A DNA stretch of 64,000 nucleotides from Octopus vulgaris (Eukaryota): the NCBI GenBank assembly GCA_951406725.2, contig OX597826.1, forward strand, positions 28,830,001 to 28,894,000. The letters run 5' to 3'. The first letter of the stretch is position 1. Every line of letters begins with the position of its first letter. Shown piece by piece: positions 57,687 to 64,000 of this stretch. Under the pieces are notes generated by a model. The model was given only the letters and a program-made list of their open reading frames with translations. It made no database searches and was not told the DNA's origin. The position numbers and the translations under genes were made by a program.

Positions 57687-58024
57687 GATGAGTCGATTAC
57701 ATCGACCCCAGTATTTAACTGGTACTTATTTTATCAACTCTGATAGAATGAAAGGTAAAGTTGACCACGCCGGAACTTGAACTCAGAACGTAACGGCAGA
57801 CGAAATACCTATTTCTTTACTGCCCACAAGGGGCTACACACGTAGGGGACAAACAAGGACAGACAAACGGATTAAGTCGATTATATCGACCCCAGTGTGT
57901 AACTGGTACTTAATTTATCGACCCCGAAAGGATGAAAGGCAAAGTTGACCTCGGCTGAATTTGAACTCAGACGAAATACCGCTCAGCATTTTGCCCGGCG
58001 TGCTAACGTTTCTGCCAGCTCGCC
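57687..58024 (-). mobile_element. Second dimeric family-A SINE
   Basis: Same head and same internal junction GAAATACCTATTTCTTTACT as at 42257-42276. Confidence 0.8.
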
Positions 58025-58490
58025 AATAATAATAATAATCACGTTGGAGTGACTAAAGCCATCGTACATTTAGTATTAAGCTAGATATTTTTCGAAGGGT
58101 ACTGTCGGCCATATTATAATATGATAGTGATACTTTATTTTATGCGAGCTAGTGGGATTTGAACTTAGAACGTAACGTGACGTTACTGAACTCCACAAGG
58201 AATCATTTAGTCCGCCATTCCACGTGGTGTTCAGGATAAATTATGGTGACGGAAACCGACATTGACAAAAAGAGAAAAAGAAAAATTGCTTTAGAATTAG
58301 GCGAAATGAAGGGGGGGGGAATAGAGCGGATGGAGGAGAGAAAAGAATGAGAGGGGAAGGAGGAAAGAAAGAAGAAGAAAAATAATGAAGGAAAGAAACA
58401 GTGAATGAGTGGTGTGAATACAAAGGCAAAGATATAGAGAGATACAGAGAAAAAAAGGAAGAGAGTGGATTTGGAAATTAGAGAAAGAGC

Positions 58491-58562
<72 letters not shown>

Positions 58563-59019
58563 TGAAAAATAAAGGAGGAATAAATGAGAAAGAAAGAGCG
58601 AAAGAGGAAAATAGTAAAAATAGTGAAAAAGAAGCAAAGAAAGAGAAAAATAGAGAAAGAAAAAATTAAGAGAGTAACGGCGCAGCATAGAGGGAGAAAA
58701 AAGGAAAAGGAATAATGAAGTTAAATACAGGAACATGAAGAAATAATACATACATACATAAATACATACACACACATATATATATATATATATTCACATA
58801 CATACATACACATACATACATAAAAAAAAGTTATTCAACGGAACTGACTTGTTTTCAAAGATTATTTTTATATGTATTTGTTATTCATTTTTATATATTT
58901 AATCTTAACGAAATTTTATTATTTTATTATAAGTATTATCGTTATTATTATTTTTATTATTTGCATTACAATTTTATTATTTAATTATTATTTTATCATT
59001 TACATCATGTTTTCTTTCT

Positions 59020-59050
<31 letters not shown>

Positions 59051-59051
59051 T

Positions 59052-59093
<42 letters not shown>

Positions 59094-60411
59094 GTTATAT
59101 TTTCTAGCCACAAGTCACTCAAAAAAAAATAATAAAGTGAGAGAAAATAGAAAGAATGAAAAGAAAGAGAGCAAGCAAAAATAAAAAAGAAAAAAAGAAA
59201 ACAGCTCCTTCCTCGTCTGCCCTACTCAACCAATCCACCACCACCACCCTGCGACTCACTCTCTTCCTTCTCACCGCACACACCTCCCCATCTAAAATTA
59301 GCCATTGCAGTTGGAATTATGGCATGTAAATCAGAAGAAAAAAATATATATCAACCCCTGCAAACTATCTGTTCGAATTGATGTTGAAACGCCATTCATT
59401 TTACGAGACCGTGTTGAATGTACGATCACTTGTAGCCTCCATTTTGTTTTCTCTCATTTCTCGCTTGTTTCAACAGTAGCCATGTTTTTGTTTTCTATGT
59501 TTCTTTTTTTTCTTTTCTTGCTTAACTATTTATCATATTTTCTTTCTTTCTGTATTTTATTTATTCATTTTCCATTTATTTCTTCATTTATTTATTATTT
59601 ATTCATTTCTTTATTATTTATTCATTTCTTTATTATTTTATTTAGGAGATTTTCTTCAACTTCTCATCACCAATTTTATAAAGCTTTTTTTCATTTTATC
59701 ACGTTTTAGAGCCACTGAAGTAGTTGTCGACGATGTTAATAATATTATCACCGCTGTTGATGTGGCTGTTGTTGCTACTGTTGTTGTTTGAATATGTTTG
59801 TTTACATTTTTGCTTTCAGTTTTCAGTTTCCGGTATGGTTAAATGTTTTTCGTTTCTTTTCCATTTTTCCTTTTAATATATTATTTTATTTATATATTTT
59901 TTGTCAGCCCTGCGATATATTGTTTTCTTTCTTATGTAAAGGCGAACAGGTTTATTTATTTATTATTATTTCTTCTTTTTACAATAATATGGGTATTTAT
60001 ATATGAAACAGTGTACACCAGCATACACGTATACATACCTGAAAACACGCAGGCACATGTGCACTTACAAACATACATAGATATATATACACACACAAAT
60101 GTGCACAAAGTCACGGATGTTTATGTGTTATGAAACTTGGCGAACACTAAAAAAGAATAAGCGTATGCATAAATAAATGCTTAAAGATGTGTGTATGTGT
60201 GAGTGTGTGTATGCATGTACACATACCTAATTTGTGTATGTTACCTGACTACACATACATACATAAACACATACATGTATATATATATTCAAAAATATAC
60301 ATATATAAGTATGCATATTACATAAACGTAACGTGCGTATGTTACCTGAGTATATATATATATATATATGTATGTATATGTATATGTATATATATGTATA
60401 AATATATAAAT

Positions 60412-60466
<55 letters not shown>

Positions 60467-60553
60467 GTGCATATATACGCGCATGTCTTTCTACATATAT
60501 TTATGTTCAGTGTTTCATCTATATGATCTATCTATATTTAAAATATATGTCTA

Positions 60554-60602
<49 letters not shown>

Positions 60603-60616
60603 GAATGTGTGTATAC

Positions 60617-60683
<67 letters not shown>

Positions 60684-61089
60684 CGTTCATAGATAACGTA
60701 TGTATGAGCAGGTACGTAAATATATGTACATGTATATAAACACATCTATGCATACACATATAAATACATTTTTACGTATCATGCTAAAATATTTCGAAAA
60801 TACGATATACGTAATTATTTAAGCAAACTTAAACACGCATAATACAAGGGTAATTTAGTGTCAACATATCTTATATACACCCTACCTGTCCCTCGTACAT
60901 AAACATCCAACTGCGTAGACGCCATTACGAATTTCTAGATATCACTACAGTTAGAAAAAAATGGAAATAAAATATACAGAGGTAAATTGATGTCTTTTTC
61001 GCTATAGATCGATTGTTACTTGGCTAGATAAATAGGTAAATAGAGATAGAGAGAAATATACATATGGATATATATATAACATAAGGGGG

Positions 61090-61184
<95 letters not shown>

Positions 61185-61273
61185 AAGCAGGTGTGTGCCA
61201 AAAGACACTTTGAACGATATGTGTATACTGTATACACACACTCACACACACGCACACACACACACACACACAT

Positions 61274-61357
<84 letters not shown>

Positions 61358-61562
61358 TAGTACTTATAGATAGATAGACAGATAGATAGATACATACATA
61401 CATATAGACATAAACGCACTTTCACATATATGCAGTCATACATATACGTATATACCCACGCAAACATAATTACATTTCTAGGTATACATATACACATATA
61501 TGCAAGTCGTTGTCTATCTGTCTGTCTGTCTGTCTCTGTCTATCTGTCACTCTCTCTCTCTC

Positions 61563-61631
<69 letters not shown>

Positions 61632-61829
61632 GTGTGTGTGTGCATATACATTAACATATATATATGTGTGTCCGTATATATATACATATGAGCACAAACG
61701 CGCACATGCACACACACATATATATATGTAAGTGTATATGTATATGTGTGTATGTGTGTATGTATGAGTATGTGAGTGAGTGTGTGTGTGTGTGTGTAAA
61801 CAGACTAGCAAATTTGGATAGAAAGTAAA

Positions 61830-62420
61830 AATAAACGAGGCAGTGCCAGCTTGCGAAAACATTCTGCGATGTTCCCAGTGTCCTGAACTGCTACTGGAAT
61901 TCGAAACCATTTGCAATCGCGTTTGTCCAGGAATTTTCCATGATTGTCAATTGAATGTATCGCAGCCATAGAAAGTTTCATTTGTATTGTTGTTCGAAAG
62001 AAAGACATTTTTGTCTTAAGCTCTCTGCTTAGATTTGATTTCTAAACCGTGTTGATCTTTGACAGAGCCGGCCATGCATTTGCTATGTGAATTTGCAATA
62101 TCTTTTTTCTTATGTCGACCCAAAAACCTATAAAGCTAGATTGTGAGTGCAACACTTAACATCAAATGACAATTTTTCCAGAAAATACCTCTAATGTAAA
62201 CGAAAGAAGACCAAGATTCTCTGGACACTGATTTCATAGCACTAATGATGTAGTGAGTCAAATGCTGATGTGGGAACCAACATACGGAAAGCGACGAAAG
62301 GGTCGTCCGGCCAGAACATTTACTGACCAACAGGTTGAAGTCTCTGGTCAACTGAAGAACGAAATATCAAGAGCAATGCAGAAGAGGGAATTCTGAAGGC
62401 AAGTAGTTTATGGCTTTCGT
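61830..62420. mobile_element. RTE-group LINE fragment with inverted 5' part
   Basis: Minus strand 61830-62135 gives IHIANAWPALSKI..KSNLSRELK..FFRTT and YGCDT. Plus strand 62136-62420 gives RRPRFSGH..VSQMLMWEPTYGKRRKGRPARTF..AMQKR. Confidence 0.65.
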
Positions 62421-62548
62421 CCATACATACCAATATCAATGGTGGAAAGTAGCACTCAATACATCTGGTTGGTAGCTTTGCGTATTCAGAAAGTTGAGTC
62501 AGCTAACCATTATTTAAAATTCTTAGGCCCAGAACGCTCCCACATCTT

Positions 62549-62621
<73 letters not shown>

Positions 62622-62639
62622 ACAAGTTGTAACAAAGTA

Positions 62640-63290
62640 ATCACATGGAGCTGTACTAAACTGGGTTTTATGCCTATTTCCTCTATCCATTAGTTCAAAT
62701 CTTTAGGGATAATTCCCAATGCACCTATGGCTACTGAGATCATTTTACCCACACTTTCCATAGTATCTGCATTTCAATAGCTAGGTCCTTGTACTCTGCT
62801 ATTTCTTCTATACGTCTCATATTAATTTTTTTCATCATTTGGGACTGTAAAGTCAATTATCTGGCACTTTCTATTCTCTTTGTCTGCTACTACTAAATCA
62901 GGCCTTCTAGCTTCTCTCACTCCGTTAGTCTGAATATTAAAGTCCCAGAACATCTTATATTTCTTACTTTCTAGTATTTTGCTAGGTTCATGTTCATACC
63001 ATTTTATCAGTATGGTCAAATCTTAGCTTTGTACATAGCTCCCAGTGGATTATTCTCTAGATTGTCATGTCTTTTCTTGTATTCTTTCTGTGCCAGTATG
63101 CTACATTCACTTACTATAACGATTTCCTTTTTTAATTTGCATCTGCTCGGTTTTTGTCTATCTTGGTTTTTATTCAATTAGTCCTTAATGCTTGATCTTG
63201 TGCAGCTTCTAACAAACATTCTGTCTCCCTCTTCAGCTTTCCTTTCTGCAGCCATAACCATGCAGCCATAACTACTACTATCTGCTGCAC
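62640..63290 (-). mobile_element. R4/Dong-clade LINE fragment (RLE domain)
   Basis: WLWLQKGKLKRETECLLEAAQDQALRT and KWYEHEPSKILESKKYKMFWDFNIQT..RRPDLVV..CQIIDF; 5' side abuts (TAA)n at 63296-63345. Confidence 0.8.
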
Positions 63291-63301
63291 CTATATTATT
63301 A

Positions 63302-63344
<43 letters not shown>

Positions 63345-63345
<1 letters not shown>

Positions 63346-63492
63346 TCGTCCGTCTTAACATTTTGAATTCATATTTCGCTGAGGCCGACATTGCTTTTCA
63401 TCCTTTCAGGGTCGATGAAATAAGTTCCACTGAAACACTGGGGTTGGTGTAATCGACTCATTCTCTCCCGCCAAATTGCTGCCCTTTGAAAC

Positions 63493-63495
<3 letters not shown>
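63345..63495 (+). mobile_element. 5'-truncated family-A SINE between (ATT)n arrays
   Basis: Core CTTTTCATCCTTTCAGGGTCGATGAAATAAG and tail ..TTTGAAACC followed by (ATT)n. Confidence 0.7.
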
Positions 63496-63550
<55 letters not shown>

Positions 63551-63551
63551 G

Positions 63552-63830
63552 CTATTATTTCTTCTTATCACCGGTTTTGTTGTAACTGCCGGAGTTTTGC
63601 ATGCGTAGTGGGTCTGCTGCCTGCAGCCTACGGTTCCATACTGTCTGTTCTTTTCAAAAACCTAACGTTTTCCTGATTATTCTGGCTGAGCCAAGGAGGT
63701 AAACCTTTTGTAGCAGTTCTGCTGGCCACTCTATTCCGATTTCCTTTATGTTCCTCTTGATACTTTCTGATACTGTCCTTAAGGACCAAACAATAATTGG
63801 CACGGTCTTCAACTTCTTCATTTTCCATTT
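63552..63830 (-). mobile_element. 3' terminus of another R4/Dong-clade LINE
   Basis: A frame not in the ORF track reads WKMKKLKTVPIIV...ELLQKVYLLGSARIIRKTL, followed by a short 3'UTR and (TAA)n. Confidence 0.7.
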
Positions 63831-63908
63831 TTCATTTTCTATTTACTACATTTTATTATTAAGTACGAAATTATTATCATCATTATTATTTAATTATTAC
63901 ATACCACA

Positions 63909-63959
<51 letters not shown>

Positions 63960-64000
63960 GAGAGAGAGAGAGAGAGAGATAGATACATAGATACATAGAT

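Overview
Eukaryotic, AT-rich, very microsatellite-dense DNA with no recognisable host protein-coding exon. The repeat content resembles an octopus or other coleoid cephalopod intergenic or intronic region (inference). Most ORFs in the track are simple-repeat artefacts. The main real feature is a full-length, nearly intact Tx1/L1-clade non-LTR retrotransposon (22713-28610, minus strand) flanked on both sides by (GATA)n. Its 3' stem-loop plus AATAAA is shared with a dimeric tRNA-derived SINE. Other elements are R4/Dong-like remnants at (TAA)n (one interrupted by a full Tc1), a 556-bp non-coding element inserted twice into (TAA)n, mariner, maT-like, Helitron, CR1-like and RTE remnants, and three SINE families. 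Many Penelope-type hammerhead ribozyme motifs occur, several as divergent foldback pairs, including a ~590-bp palindrome joining a tRNA-derived head to a minimal hammerhead. All alignments and folds were done by eye; no database searches were run.
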